From the sequence record KY652723.1: 40,605 nucleotides of DNA; one strand, given 5' to 3'. The stretch is from Klebsiella phage vB_KpnP_PRA33. Position numbers and translations under genes: made by a program. Under the pieces are notes generated by a model that did no database searches, had not been told where the DNA came from, and saw only the letters and a program-made list of their open reading frames with translations. Below, piece by piece: positions 26,103 to 37,352 of this stretch; the stretch's first letter is position 1; the number at the start of each line of letters is the position of its first letter.

Positions 26103-26510
26103 ATGTACATAAGAAACACTGTAAGTAATGACTTCGAGTTATTCATCCCGGCCTACCATGACGTACTTGAGGCGCAGGCCATGGGTATAGAACCATCGTT
26201 CCCAGCGGTTACTGAGTGTGTCACGTTAGACCACGATGGTTTTCCTTTGGCTATAGGTGGACATTGCGGAGACCAGTGCTGGTTCGTCACGAGTGACCAA
26301 GTGTGGAGACTCGACAGGGCTGATAAGCTGGAGTTCCGTGAGAGAATCATGGAGTACAGGGACATGTTATTAAATGTTTATCCATCCCTGTGGAACTTCG
26401 TGTGGGTCGGTAATGGTCCCCACAAGCGGTTCCTTAAGTCCATCGGTGCTGTATTCCACGAGGAGTACACTCAGGATGGGAAGTTCCAACTGTTCACCAT
26501 AAGGAGGTAA
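26103..26510 (+). CDS. 13: Internal virion protein A (gp13)
   Basis: 135 aa (T7 138 aa), in the syntenic position immediately before gene 14. Confidence 0.6.
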   Translation: MYIRNTVSNDFELFIPAYHDVLEAQAMGIEPSFPAVTECVTLDHDGFPLAIGGHCGDQCWFVTSDQVWRLDRADKLEFRERIMEYRDMLLNVYPSLWNFVWVGNGPHKRFLKSIGAVFHEEYTQDGKFQLFTIRR

Positions 26511-26512
26511 TT

Positions 26513-27103
26513 ATGTGCTGGGTAGCAGCTATTCCAATCGCCATGATGGCGGTACAGTCTGTGAGCAGCTCCCGTAATGCTGCACAAGCCACGGGCCTAC
26601 AGAATGACCAAATGCGCAGACAGTCCGCCCAAATGATTAAAGAGTCAAACATTCAGAACGCTAACGCCAGCCTTGAGCAGAAGCAGAAGCTGGAAGAAGC
26701 CAGTGCGGACCTGACCGCAAAGAATCTCGATAAGGTTAAAGCTATGGGTACCATCCGTGCAGCAATCGGAGAGGGGAACCTTGAGGGAGCCAGCATGGAC
26801 CGCATTGGCCGGATAGAGGAAGGTAAGTTCATCCGTGAGGCTAACGCCGTGACCGATAACTACCGCCGAGATTATGCGTCACTGTTCGCCCAGCAGCTGG
26901 GTAACTCTGAGTCCACTATTGACCAAGTTAAATCCATGCAGAAGGCTGAAGGTAAAGGTAAGTCCAAGCTGGAGCAGGTACTCGACCCGCTGGCACTGAT
27001 GGGTTCACAGGCAGCATCCGCATACGCCTCCGGTGCGTTCGACAGCAAGTCCACCAAGGCCCCAATCAGTCAGGCCAAAGGTACTAAGGTAGGAGGTAAG
27101 TAA
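26513..27103 (+). CDS. 14: Internal virion protein B (gp14)
   Basis: 196 aa. MCW.AAIPIA...Q......NA.......A....RQ.....ES.IQNA..SL...QKLEEASA.LT..N..KV.A.G.IRAAIGE..LEG.SMDRI.R.....FIREAN.VT.NYRRDY...FAQQLG... equals T7 gp14 in length and pattern. Confidence 0.9.
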   Translation: MCWVAAIPIAMMAVQSVSSSRNAAQATGLQNDQMRRQSAQMIKESNIQNANASLEQKQKLEEASADLTAKNLDKVKAMGTIRAAIGEGNLEGASMDRIGRIEEGKFIREANAVTDNYRRDYASLFAQQLGNSESTIDQVKSMQKAEGKGKSKLEQVLDPLALMGSQAASAYASGAFDSKSTKAPISQAKGTKVGGK

Positions 27104-29358
27104 TGGCTAGTAAATTAGAACAAGCGTTGGGCCAACTACCGCAGGCCGGGTCTACCCGCATCCGAGGTGGCTCAGCGTCCATGCAGTATCGTCCAGTAAC
27201 CATTCAACAGGAAGGTGTCAGGCAGTCCAATCTAGTGCAGTCCTTGGCGAAGTTTGGGACAGCTATGGGCGAAGCAGCGGACGCATACGACAAGCGCCAG
27301 CGAGACAAGGCTGACGAGCGGTCCGATGAGATTATCCGTAAGTTGACCCCAGAGCAGCGCCGAGAGGCAATCAAGAACGGGACCCTGCTGTATCAGGACG
27401 ACCCGTACGCTATGGAGGCCCTGCGGTTCAAGACTGGCCGTAACGCTGCGTTCCTCATAGACGACGAAGTGGCACAGAAGGTTCAGAACGGTGAGTTCCG
27501 CACTCGTACCGAGATGGAAGAGTACAGACACAAGCGGTTGACCGAAGGTGCCAACGAGTTTGCTGAGCAGTTCATGGTTAACCCTGAGGACGCTGAGTTC
27601 CAGAGAGGGTTCAACGCGAACATCACCGAGCGCAACATCTCGCTGTACGGTAAGCACGATACGTTCCTGAGCGAGCAAGCCCAGAAGGGTGCCATACTGG
27701 CCTCGAAGGTGGAGCTGTCCGGTGTACTCAAAGACCCTGCCGTTCTGGCTCGACCGGAGTCAGGTGAGTTCTTCCAGCGCTACATCGACAACGCGATTAA
27801 GACCGGGAGTATCCCTAGCGATGCTCAAGCCCAGCAGGTCATCATCGGGTCACTCAACGACGTCATCCAGCGTCCGGGTGCTACCAACTTCTTGCAGAGC
27901 CTTGAGGGCCGTCCAGTCACCCTTAACGGGAAGACCACGACCTATAAGGAACTTATGGGAGAGGAGCAGTGGAACGCCCTGATGGTCAAGGCCCAGTCAA
28001 CCCAGTTCGACAATGACGCTAAGTTGTCCGAAGGTTTCCGCCTTGGGATTACCAGCGCGTTGAACCAAGACGACACCAGCAAGGGCTGGGAGATGCTTCA
28101 GGGTGCCAAGGCAGAACTGGACCGTCTGCAACCCGGTGAACAGATGACACCCGAGCGTGAGCGCCTGATTCAAGCTGAGGAACAGATGCAGGCCCGTTTC
28201 CGTCAGGAGGCCCAAGCGGCAGCCAAGGAGATGGACAAGCGTCAAAAGACCATTAACAAGAATCAGGTCATCGACCAGCAGTTCACCAAACGCATCAACG
28301 GGCAGTACGTGTCCACCAGCTACAAGGACATGCCGACCAACGAGAATACCGGAGAGTTCACTCACAGTGACATGGTGAACTACGCTAACGGTAAGCTGGC
28401 TGAGATTGACCAGATGCAGCTCACGGAGCAACAGAAGGACCGCATGAAGCTGAGCTACCTACGGGCAGACTCAGAGGGTGGAGCCTTCCGTACCGTTGTG
28501 GGCCAGATGGTGACCGATGCAGGGTCTGAGTGGTCTGCCGCTGTGATTAACGGTAAGTTACCAGAGGACACCACAGCGTTGAACAAGCTGCGCACCATGC
28601 GTAACACCGACCCGGACCTCTTCGCTGCACTGTACCCAGACAAGGCCGACTTGTTCCTGACGATGGACATGATGGACAAGCAGGGTATTGACCCGCAGAT
28701 TCTCATCGACGCTGACCGTTCTCGCCGCAGTCTCACCAAAGAGATGCAGTACGAGGATGATAAAGCGTGGGCGTCCCTGAAGAACAACTCAGAGTCCCCA
28801 GAGCTGTCCCGTATCCCAGCAAGTCTGGATGGTATGGCCCGTAAGATTTACGACAGCTTCAAGTACCGCACAGGTAACAGTGATGGTGCCATGCAGCAGG
28901 TTGACAAGTTTCTTAAGGAATCCACTGTGACCTTCAAAGGTGATGACATGGACGGTGATACCATTGGTATTATCCCTAAGAACGCCCTACAGGTCAGTGA
29001 TGACCCTAAGAGCTGGGAGCAGGGCCGAGACATCCTAGAAGAAGCCCGTAAGGGAATCATCGCGGCTAACCCTTGGGTTACCAACAAGCAGCTGACGATG
29101 TACCAGCAGGGTGATTCTATCTACATGATGGACACCACTGGGACCGTCCGCATCCGCTACGACAAGGAGCTACTGACTCGAACCTATCAGGAACAGCAGC
29201 AGCGTCTGGCCAAGGAAGCCGAAGAGAAGGCACTTAAGGAAGCAACCAAGCGTGCACCTATCTCCGCAGCCACTCAGGCTCGTAAGGCAGCAGGTGAGCG
29301 TGTCCGTGCGAAACGTAGGGCCACTCCTAAGTTCATTTATGGAGGTGGCGATGAGTAA
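27103..29358 (+). CDS. 15: Internal virion protein C (gp15)
   Basis: 751 aa (T7 747). ...ADERS.EIIRKLTPEQRREA..NGTLLYQDDPYAMEALR.KTGRNAA.L.DD.V.QK...G.FRTR.EMEEYRH.RL.EGA......; C-terminus ...PKFIYG. Confidence 0.95.
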   Translation: MASKLEQALGQLPQAGSTRIRGGSASMQYRPVTIQQEGVRQSNLVQSLAKFGTAMGEAADAYDKRQRDKADERSDEIIRKLTPEQRREAIKNGTLLYQDDPYAMEALRFKTGRNAAFLIDDEVAQKVQNGEFRTRTEMEEYRHKRLTEGANEFAEQFMVNPEDAEFQRGFNANITERNISLYGKHDTFLSEQAQKGAILASKVELSGVLKDPAVLARPESGEFFQRYIDNAIKTGSIPSDAQAQQVIIGSLNDVIQRPGATNFLQSLEGRPVTLNGKTTTYKELMGEEQWNALMVKAQSTQFDNDAKLSEGFRLGITSALNQDDTSKGWEMLQGAKAELDRLQPGEQMTPERERLIQAEEQMQARFRQEAQAAAKEMDKRQKTINKNQVIDQQFTKRINGQYVSTSYKDMPTNENTGEFTHSDMVNYANGKLAEIDQMQLTEQQKDRMKLSYLRADSEGGAFRTVVGQMVTDAGSEWSAAVINGKLPEDTTALNKLRTMRNTDPDLFAALYPDKADLFLTMDMMDKQGIDPQILIDADRSRRSLTKEMQYEDDKAWASLKNNSESPELSRIPASLDGMARKIYDSFKYRTGNSDGAMQQVDKFLKESTVTFKGDDMDGDTIGIIPKNALQVSDDPKSWEQGRDILEEARKGIIAANPWVTNKQLTMYQQGDSIYMMDTTGTVRIRYDKELLTRTYQEQQQRLAKEAEEKALKEATKRAPISAATQARKAAGERVRAKRRATPKFIYGGGDE

Positions 29359-29374
29359 ACAATAAGGAGACAAC

Positions 29375-32300
29375 ATGAGCTACGACAAGTCCAAACCTAG
29401 TGACTACGACGGTATGTTCCAGAAGGCAGCAGATGCGCACGGTGTTAGTTATGACCTACTGCGTAAACTGTCCTTCAACGAATCATCCTTCAACCCTAAG
29501 GCCGTCTCTAAGACTGGCCCGAAGGGAATCATGCAGTTCACCAAAGCGACGGCCCAGAGCATGGGCCTTAACGTAACAGATGGTGATGATGATGGGCGAT
29601 ATAATCCAGAGTTAGCTATTGATGCTGGGGCTAAGTTACTCAGCAGCCTCGTTAAGAAGTACAACGGGGATGAGCTGAAAGCTGCCCTAGCGTACAACCA
29701 AGGGGAAGGCCCAGCAGGTGCTCCGCAGCTTCAGGCATACGACAAGGGAGACTTCGGGTCTATCTCCGAGGAAGGTCGTAACTATATGCGGAAGCTGATT
29801 GACGTGGCCCAGAGTCCACACTCAGGCGCTCTTGAAGCGTTCGGTGGTATCACCCCAAAGGGTAAAGGGATTCCCGCAGAGGATGCCTTCAAGGGCATCT
29901 CCAAGGCTGGCAAGGTAGGTACCGAACTGCCGGAGTCCCATGGGTTCGACGTTGAAGGTGTAGCGCAGGAAGCACCCAACACACCATACGCTAAGGACTT
30001 CTGGGAGAAGACCGGGACGACTCTCGACGAGTATAACGCTCGGTCAACCTTCTTCGGGTTCGGGGATGCTGCCGATGCTCAGATTCAGAACTCCACATTA
30101 GGTGTGGCCTTCCGCGCTGCGCGAGCCGACGATGGGTACGATGTGTTCAAGGACACGATGACCCCGACTCGCTGGAACTCCTATGTTCCCTCCAAGGAAG
30201 ACCTACAGAAGCTGCGCGACTCTGGGCTACCTCCGAGTTACTACGGTGTGGTGACTGGTGGTTACGGTGAGAACTGGGATGCGCTCATCAAGCTGGCCAA
30301 GGATAACTTTGAGGCTGACCAACGGGCCGCTGAGGCTGGTACTGGGGCGAAACTCGCTGCTGGTATCGTTGGTGCTGGTGTAGACCCACTCAGTTATGTG
30401 CCTCTGGTCGGTGTGGCCGGGAAGGGATTAAAGGTGGTCAATAAGGCCCTGCGAGTAGGTGCACAGGCTGGGGCACTCAGTGTTGCCTCTGAGGGAATCC
30501 GTACGTCAGTAGCTGGTGGTGAAGCTCACTACGCTGATGCAGCACTTGGTGGGTTACTGTTCGGTGCTGGTATGTCGTCCCTCAGTGATGCTGTGGCGGC
30601 TGGTATCCGTAAGGCACGTGGTGTTGAATCCGTGAATGAGTTCGCTGGTCCAGCTCTCCGTATGGAAGCCCGAGAGACTGCCATCAACACTGGTGGTCAC
30701 GACACCTCGACACTGCCTCCAGAGAACTTCTCGTTCGAGCAGAGCCACGGAGGTGTTCCGTTCGCCAACCACCCAACCGAAGAGGGCGCAGTGGTTCTTG
30801 CCAATGGTTCCATCCTGAGTGATACCAACCCGCTCAATCCAAGGACCCAGCGTGACTTCGCAGAGATTGACCCAGAGCGTGCAGCTCCCGGTATCAGACT
30901 CGGTGGATTCACTGAGATTGGCCTGAAGACATTAGGGTCCAAGGATGCTGGCGTCCGTGCAATAGCTCAGGACCTCGTTCGTTCTCCTACAGGGATGCAA
31001 TCAGGGTCTAGCGGTAAGTTCGGTGCGACGGCTTCGGACATACATGGGCGGCTCCATGCGACTGACCAGCGGATGTATAACCAACTGTATGACGCTGTTG
31101 ACCGCGCCATGAAGGACCCAGAGTTCTCCGTGGGCGAGCAGAAGATGTCGCGTAGAGCCATCCGTCAGGAAGTCTACAAGCGTGCAGCCTTGGCGATTGA
31201 GCGCCCAGAGTTACAGGCCGATTTGACCAAAGGTGAACGTGAGGTGATGGACCTGCTGAAAGAGCATTTCGACACCAAGCGTGAACTGATGGAACAGCCG
31301 GGTATTTTCGGTAACGCTACTGCCGTGAGCATCTTCCCCGGGAGTCGGCACAAGGGTACCTACGTGCCTAACGTGTACGACAGGGGTGCTAAGGAACTGA
31401 TGGCGCAGAAGCTGGGCGGACCTGAGGGACTCCAGCAGGCAATCGCTCAGAGCTGGCTTACTAGTTACCGAGTGCGGCCTGAGGTCAAGGCGCGTGTCGA
31501 TGAGTACCTGATGGAACTCAACGGCTACAAGTCGGTTGACCAAGTGACACCTGAGGTGGTCCAGAAGCACGCCATGGACAAGGCCTACGGTATCAGTCAC
31601 ACTGAGGACTTCACATCGTCCAGCGTCATTGATGACAACATCACAGGGCTGGTAGGTATCGAGAACAACTCGTTCCTTGAGGCCCGTAACATGTTCGACA
31701 GTGACCTCCCGGTTACCCTACCGGACGGGTCAACCTTCAGTGTAAACGACCTGAGGGACTTCGACATGGCACGGATTATACCAGCGTACGACCGTCGAGT
31801 TAACGGTGATATCTCCATCATGGGCGGTAGCGGTAAGACCACGCAGCAGCTCAAGGACGAAATCATGGCGTTAGACAAGCGGGCTGAGCGCAAGGGACAG
31901 CTGAAGGGTGAAGTGGAAGCACTGAAGGACACCGTTAAGATTCTCACTGGGCGTGCTCGCCGTAACAACGATACAGCCTTTGAGACTGCTATGCGCTCCC
32001 TGAATGACCTAGCGTTCTTCGCTAAGAACTTCTACATGGGTCCGCAGAACCTCACAGAGATTGCTGGGATGTTGGCTAAGGGTAACGTCAAAGCAATGTT
32101 ACACGGTATCCCGACGTTGCGGGACCTCGCCACCAGAACCTCTCCGGTGTCCGGTAGTGAACTCCGTGAGCTCCATGGGGCACTGTTCGGTAAGGAACTC
32201 GACCAGTTAATCCGTCCGGGGCGTGAGGACATCGTGCAGCGAATCCGTGAGGCTTCCGATACCAGCGGGGCCATGGCGTCAGTCATTGGTACCATTAAGT

Positions 32301-33340
32301 TCGGTACTCAGGAGTTGTCGGCCCGTTCTCCTTGGACCAAGATGCTGAACGGTACGGCCAACTACATTCTGGACACTGCCCGTCAGGGTGTGCTCGGGGA
32401 TGTGGCTGGTGCTGCCCTCGGTGGTAAGGGTTCCAAGTTTGGTAAAGAGAACTTCCTAAAAGCTGCCTCTATCAGTCCTGAGCAGTGGAAGGGCATCAAG
32501 CAACTCTTTGTTGACCATGCGACTCGTGACGCTAACGGCCAGTTCACCATCAAGGACAAGAAGGCTTTCAGTCAGGACCCGAGAGCGATGGACCTGTGGC
32601 GTCTTGCCGATAAGGTTGCCGACGAGGCCATGCTGCGGCCCCACAAGGTATCTCAGCAGGATTCCAAGGCGTACGGTGCTGGTGTCAAGATGGCTATGCA
32701 GTTCAAGAACTTCACCATCAAGTCACTCAACGCCAAGTTCATTCGGTCCTTCTACGAGGGCTACAAGAACAACCGCGCAATCGACATGGCGTTGACCCAC
32801 GTGTTGTCTCTGGGTATCGCCGGGACTTACTTTGCGATGCAGGCCCACGTGAAGGCTTACGGTCTCCAAGAGTCTAAACGTAAGGACTACCTGAAGAAAG
32901 CTCTGAACCCGGCCATGCTGGGCTACGCAGCGTTGACTCGAAGTTCCCACACTGGTGCTCCGCTGTCCATCGTCTCGATGATGGCAGGTGCCGCTGGGTT
33001 CCAAGACGCTAACATGCTGCGTTCCACCATCTTACCTAAGGAGGAACAGTTCCAGAAGAAAGACGGGGCGTCAAAAGGTCGGGCCGAGTCGAGCAACCTT
33101 GCAGGTAACTTGGGGTCTCAGATTCCAGCTCTGGGTTACGTAGGGAACGTCATCGCTACCGCTAAGAACGCCTACGGTGTTGCTACAGCACCCAACAAGC
33201 CGACTGAGCGAGACTACATGACTGGCCTGATGAACTCCACCAAGGAGCTTGTGCCTAACGACCCGCTGACCCAACAGCTCATCATGAAAATCTATGAGGC
33301 TAACGGAGTAACCATCAAACAGCAGCCTAAACCCAACTAA
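29375..33340 (+). CDS. 16: Internal virion protein D (gp16) with N-terminal lytic transglycosylase domain
   Basis: 1321 aa (T7 1318). The N-terminal SLT-like motif ...VSYDLLRK......SF.P.A.SKTGP.G.MQFTKATA...GL.VTDG.DD.R.NPELAI.A.AK.L..LV.K..GDELKAALAYNQGEG... is collinear with T7 gp16 to the C-terminus ...LMNSTKELVPNDPLTQQL..KIYEANGV. Confidence 0.96.
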   Translation: MSYDKSKPSDYDGMFQKAADAHGVSYDLLRKLSFNESSFNPKAVSKTGPKGIMQFTKATAQSMGLNVTDGDDDGRYNPELAIDAGAKLLSSLVKKYNGDELKAALAYNQGEGPAGAPQLQAYDKGDFGSISEEGRNYMRKLIDVAQSPHSGALEAFGGITPKGKGIPAEDAFKGISKAGKVGTELPESHGFDVEGVAQEAPNTPYAKDFWEKTGTTLDEYNARSTFFGFGDAADAQIQNSTLGVAFRAARADDGYDVFKDTMTPTRWNSYVPSKEDLQKLRDSGLPPSYYGVVTGGYGENWDALIKLAKDNFEADQRAAEAGTGAKLAAGIVGAGVDPLSYVPLVGVAGKGLKVVNKALRVGAQAGALSVASEGIRTSVAGGEAHYADAALGGLLFGAGMSSLSDAVAAGIRKARGVESVNEFAGPALRMEARETAINTGGHDTSTLPPENFSFEQSHGGVPFANHPTEEGAVVLANGSILSDTNPLNPRTQRDFAEIDPERAAPGIRLGGFTEIGLKTLGSKDAGVRAIAQDLVRSPTGMQSGSSGKFGATASDIHGRLHATDQRMYNQLYDAVDRAMKDPEFSVGEQKMSRRAIRQEVYKRAALAIERPELQADLTKGEREVMDLLKEHFDTKRELMEQPGIFGNATAVSIFPGSRHKGTYVPNVYDRGAKELMAQKLGGPEGLQQAIAQSWLTSYRVRPEVKARVDEYLMELNGYKSVDQVTPEVVQKHAMDKAYGISHTEDFTSSSVIDDNITGLVGIENNSFLEARNMFDSDLPVTLPDGSTFSVNDLRDFDMARIIPAYDRRVNGDISIMGGSGKTTQQLKDEIMALDKRAERKGQLKGEVEALKDTVKILTGRARRNNDTAFETAMRSLNDLAFFAKNFYMGPQNLTEIAGMLAKGNVKAMLHGIPTLRDLATRTSPVSGSELRELHGALFGKELDQLIRPGREDIVQRIREASDTSGAMASVIGTIKFGTQELSARSPWTKMLNGTANYILDTARQGVLGDVAGAALGGKGSKFGKENFLKAASISPEQWKGIKQLFVDHATRDANGQFTIKDKKAFSQDPRAMDLWRLADKVADEAMLRPHKVSQQDSKAYGAGVKMAMQFKNFTIKSLNAKFIRSFYEGYKNNRAIDMALTHVLSLGIAGTYFAMQAHVKAYGLQESKRKDYLKKALNPAMLGYAALTRSSHTGAPLSIVSMMAGAAGFQDANMLRSTILPKEEQFQKKDGASKGRAESSNLAGNLGSQIPALGYVGNVIATAKNAYGVATAPNKPTERDYMTGLMNSTKELVPNDPLTQQLIMKIYEANGVTIKQQPKPN

Positions 33341-33362
33341 TTAGGTAGCACTATAGGGAGAC
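33340..33362 (+). promoter_or_regulatory. Phage promoter (phi17-like, class III consensus)
   Basis: AATTAGGTAGCACTATAGGGAGA. Confidence 0.85.
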
Positions 33363-33400
33363 CCAAGCGGTTTCCCCTTCACATTCAACTTAAGGAGGTC

Positions 33401-36400
33401 ATGATGGACCAAGACATTAAAACAGTCATTCAGTACCCAGTGGGGGCCACTGAGTTCGACATCCCGTTCGACTACCTTTCCCGCAAGTTCGTCAGAGTGT
33501 CACTAGTAGCTGGCGACAACCGCAGACTGCTGAGTAATATCACTGAGTACCGCTACGTGTCTAAGACCAGAGTGAAACTCCTTGTGGAAACTACCGGGTT
33601 CGACCGTGTGGAAATTCGCAGATTCACCTCAGCTTCAGAGCGTGTAGTAGACTTCAGTGATGGCTCGGTTCTCCGTGCAGCCGACCTTAACGTATCTCAA
33701 ATACAGTCGGCACATATCGCAGAGGAAGCACGTGACGGTCAGTATTACAGCCTCAATCTTAACGACCTCGGACAGTTTGACGCTAAGGGTACTAAGATTA
33801 TTAACCTAGGTGCGCCAACGTCCCCACAAGATGCCACAACGAAACTGTATGTGGACACTAAGGACCAAGTCCTTAGCCAGAGAATCCTCGATGAAATCAA
33901 AGCGAGAGCCGATGGGGACATCGAGATGCTCCGTCAGGCAAAAATGTATTCCGACTCCCATATTCCTGGAATTTTGCCGGAGGGGGCCACGTCTGTCGGT
34001 TACTGGTTACCATCTGCAACAGCACTGATGAATGATGACTCTGGACACCCTGTGGTTAGGGTCCGTGGGTTCTACACTGCCGATGATGGTGGCGAGGGTA
34101 GTTGGGTGTGGACCAACGAGGTAGATGCTCAAAAGGCTGGGACACACGACATTTTAACGGCCTCGGTGTATGATAAGGTAGGTCGCCGCTACCGTATCGA
34201 TATCACCATTGGGGCTGTAAACGCGGCACAGAACGGTGCCCGCAGATTAACCTACGCACAAGCTACCGACAGGACCACAGACGACTTCGTGTGCCTAGGT
34301 CAGGTAATCTCTGGTATCACCTCACTGATGCCCCTCCCAGTATCAACTAACAACAGTGAGAGTGGATACATTGGCGATTATCGAATCAACCTAACGATAT
34401 CTCCGGGCCGCTACCGTATCGGTAAAGAGTCTGGTGGAATTGACTCGGGCATGGTAATCAACGCGTGGGGAGCACGAGTGCACGTTGTTGCTGGTAAGTC
34501 TTACACCAGAGCAATTACTGGTAAGTGGATTCACGGTCTGGTGCACGGATACGACCAGATTAAACGTAAGTGGGAGGCTGTTGGTAAACAAGCGTTCTGG
34601 GGCAGTGTTTCCCTGAAGGATGTGGTAATCAACGGCGGCTTCTGGATTGGTGACCACGACCTGCGGACTCCGGCTTCCGAGTGCTCTGCTGGCGTTGGTA
34701 CGCTCCTACTGAACCCTGAAGGCGTAATCCTGAACGGTGTGCACCAGCGCAACTTCAACTGGGTCCATGTCGCTATGGGAGCAATGATTGGGGAGACTTG
34801 GTACCGCACTTCGAAAGGTCGTCACTTTGATGATAACGAACTTGACTACCCTTACGTTATGGACTTTATGACCTCTAACGTTCCGCCAGTTACTCGCCGC
34901 TTCGGTAACTTCAACCGCGTGGCGTATCACGGGTGTAAATTCGAAAGTGGACGTCGTGGCGTGTTCCGCAATGGCGTTGACTGGTCTGGGTGCTACAACA
35001 CCGAAATCATCAACAACATCGCATGGAGAAACCCGGCTAACGCGGACGGAAGTCTTCCAGAGTTCATCGCCGTACTTACGGGTACTGCGTTCCACATGAG
35101 CGCTGGTTACATGGGTCCTGCGGCAGCTAAGGACTTCAACGCAGGAGTTGCCTCTGTCTACAGTTCTACCCAGAACATTAAGTTCGACGCTACGTACACC
35201 GAGTGGACTTATGCTTTCATGATGATTTCCTCATGGGGCTTTGTGGATTCAGCAAGTCGCCTTCAAGGCCTCTCTCTGGACCTTGTGTCTGTGTACAAGG
35301 ATAACTTTGCGGATTACGGTCAGATTATCTTTGAGGAGGGGTGTTTCCCGACTATGTCCGAAGATGGCTCAGCTACTTACCCTGCTGGCTTTAAACACTT
35401 CGACACGCCTCAAGGGCAGTCTCCGTATGTTATTGGCAAGCCTGTACGAGATGTTGGTGCGTTTCGTAACCAAGGGTTCGACTTTAAGTACGCAACCAAC
35501 AACGTGTACCTGACAACTGGAACCGATTGGGAATCGTGGCGAGACCGTCCGTATGCCCGCGAGATGTTCAATGCGTTTGGCTTACAGATTAACTCTGGTA
35601 CTGCCTTCCTACCGTTGCAGAACCCAGCAGATAAGTCTATGACCTGCATCTGGTATAAGGACTTCACTGGGAACTTCGATACCAGAAAGGTTATCCAGTT
35701 CATCACTGCTGCCGCACAAGAGGGGCCTAATGCCGACGAGGCTCTTTACAAGTCATACGCAGAGCGTGTTGTTGACTTTGGTAATGGCTACAAGATGATG
35801 ATGATTCCAAACAAGAGACTGACGGCATGGGATGGTATCTACACCTACGCACGCAACGCAAGCATCACGGTGGAGGTGTCAGCAGATACTCCTATCGCAC
35901 TGATTGCTGTCGAAGCGTACACTGGTGGTGTACCACTGTTCCCTAACGGTGTCCCTAACTACGTTCCGGAATCTTCATGTGCCAGCGTGGTACCAACAGC
36001 GCCTCAGGTTGGGTTCGACTCTAACCTTGGCGGCGGTCTCTTCTTTAACGGTGACGTTGTAGGCCCTTGGGTTCACGTTCGTCGTAACAAGGTTGGCCGC
36101 AGGATTACCCCTCAGGTTACTGCTGGTTCCGTATTGTCCACACGTAGAGTGAGTGGTCAGGGTGTCACCTTAGAGTCTGCCCTGAAGACAACGTTCACAG
36201 CGACGATTATTAGCTCTAATGCTGATACTACGACAATCTCCATCCCAACTGCGTCCCTCCCATCGGTGGCAGTAGGCATCCCGCTGTATGTGCAGTCAGG
36301 TTCATCCACTGGATTCACTGGGCTTGCCCACCTGCACCTCAGGGTGATGCTGGCTAACGGTAAGGCGGACAACAAGTACGTTGTTAACGGTAAGCTTGGG

Positions 36401-37132
36401 GAGGCTGGTGATAACCTCACTATTGACCAGTCTCAGATTGCCGCTTATACGCTTCTTGCTGACTTTACACAGACTACCATCACAGCCGAGACCATGACTC
36501 TCTCCGGTGTTGCGCGTGCGTCTGCGTTCAGGGCCTCTGTAGGTGTGGACGTTGGGTATGGTGGTAGCTCTGAGCCTAAGGTTGTGGCTTTTTACTTTAA
36601 CGGCGGAACCACTTCAACTCACGCCATCACAGCAACTTCCCTTAACGGAATGAGTGTTAACGCCAACGGTAACCTCTCAATCAACGGTCACACGTTCTCT
36701 ACGCAGGACGGTACGCACACACTGGGTACTGCGCAGAACAGGTGGGCGGCTGTATGGTCCGCTAACGGAACGCTCCAGACGTCCGATGAGCGCTTTAAGA
36801 TTCTCGATGGGGATATCCCCGAAGAGCTTCTTGATGCCTGGGAGAAGTACGTGAAGGTTAAAGTGTACCGTATGAAATCTGCGGTCTCCCTGAAGGGTCC
36901 TGATGCTCGTAAGCACGTTGGGTATATTGCCCAGCATGTGATTGAGGCATTGACTCAGGCAGGACTCGATTGGACGAAATACGGTGTGGTTGGTTTCGAT
37001 GAGTGGGATGCTAACGAGTTTGGTCCGGCAGGTGACCGCTACAGCCTTCGCTATGACCAGTGTGCTGCCATTGAGAACGCTGTGCTGGACCGCAGGATTC
37101 GCCGTCTTGAGGAGCTTCTGCTAAACAAATAG
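33401..37132 (+). CDS. 17: Tailspike/tail fibre: gp17 N-terminal adaptor domain, large central beta-helix-like (putative depolymerase) module and C-terminal intramolecular chaperone (peptidase S74) domain
   Basis: 1243 aa. Residues 1-about 150 align with the T7 gp17/K1F gp17 N-terminal domain (...[13 protein letters not shown]......L......YR............G.D.VEIRR.TS...[25 protein letters not shown]). The last about 116 aa (from S1128, nt 36782) match the endosialidase/T5 pb1-type C-terminal chaperone: S-D-E-R-F-K Ser/Lys dyad, ...[11 protein letters not shown]...GLD...[10 protein letters not shown]....YSLRYDQ...RRIRRLEE. Confidence 0.88.
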   Translation: MMDQDIKTVIQYPVGATEFDIPFDYLSRKFVRVSLVAGDNRRLLSNITEYRYVSKTRVKLLVETTGFDRVEIRRFTSASERVVDFSDGSVLRAADLNVSQIQSAHIAEEARDGQYYSLNLNDLGQFDAKGTKIINLGAPTSPQDATTKLYVDTKDQVLSQRILDEIKARADGDIEMLRQAKMYSDSHIPGILPEGATSVGYWLPSATALMNDDSGHPVVRVRGFYTADDGGEGSWVWTNEVDAQKAGTHDILTASVYDKVGRRYRIDITIGAVNAAQNGARRLTYAQATDRTTDDFVCLGQVISGITSLMPLPVSTNNSESGYIGDYRINLTISPGRYRIGKESGGIDSGMVINAWGARVHVVAGKSYTRAITGKWIHGLVHGYDQIKRKWEAVGKQAFWGSVSLKDVVINGGFWIGDHDLRTPASECSAGVGTLLLNPEGVILNGVHQRNFNWVHVAMGAMIGETWYRTSKGRHFDDNELDYPYVMDFMTSNVPPVTRRFGNFNRVAYHGCKFESGRRGVFRNGVDWSGCYNTEIINNIAWRNPANADGSLPEFIAVLTGTAFHMSAGYMGPAAAKDFNAGVASVYSSTQNIKFDATYTEWTYAFMMISSWGFVDSASRLQGLSLDLVSVYKDNFADYGQIIFEEGCFPTMSEDGSATYPAGFKHFDTPQGQSPYVIGKPVRDVGAFRNQGFDFKYATNNVYLTTGTDWESWRDRPYAREMFNAFGLQINSGTAFLPLQNPADKSMTCIWYKDFTGNFDTRKVIQFITAAAQEGPNADEALYKSYAERVVDFGNGYKMMMIPNKRLTAWDGIYTYARNASITVEVSADTPIALIAVEAYTGGVPLFPNGVPNYVPESSCASVVPTAPQVGFDSNLGGGLFFNGDVVGPWVHVRRNKVGRRITPQVTAGSVLSTRRVSGQGVTLESALKTTFTATIISSNADTTTISIPTASLPSVAVGIPLYVQSGSSTGFTGLAHLHLRVMLANGKADNKYVVNGKLGEAGDNLTIDQSQIAAYTLLADFTQTTITAETMTLSGVARASAFRASVGVDVGYGGSSEPKVVAFYFNGGTTSTHAITATSLNGMSVNANGNLSINGHTFSTQDGTHTLGTAQNRWAAVWSANGTLQTSDERFKILDGDIPEELLDAWEKYVKVKVYRMKSAVSLKGPDARKHVGYIAQHVIEALTQAGLDWTKYGVVGFDEWDANEFGPAGDRYSLRYDQCAAIENAVLDRRIRRLEELLLNK

Positions 37133-37145
37133 ATAAGGAGGTAAC

Positions 37146-37349
37146 ATGTTGTCCCTAGACTTCAACAATGAAGTTATCAAGGCGGCCCCCATCGCGGGGG
37201 TCGCTGGGGCTGACGGTGTAGCGAGGCTCTTTTGGGGCCTCTCACTCAACGAGTGGTTCTACGTCGCGGCAATCGCCTACACAGTGGTTCAGATTGGTGC
37301 CAAGGTAGTCGATAAAATCATTGACTGGAAGAAAGCTAATAAGGAGTAA
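37146..37349 (+). CDS. 17.5: Holin (class II, gp17.5)
   Basis: 67 aa. MLSLDFNNE.IKAAPI.G....D...RLF.GLSLNEWFYVAAIAYTVVQI..KVVDK.IDWKKANKE is near-identical to T7 gp17.5 (67 aa). Confidence 0.9.
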   Translation: MLSLDFNNEVIKAAPIAGVAGADGVARLFWGLSLNEWFYVAAIAYTVVQIGAKVVDKIIDWKKANKE

Positions 37350-37352
37350 CGT

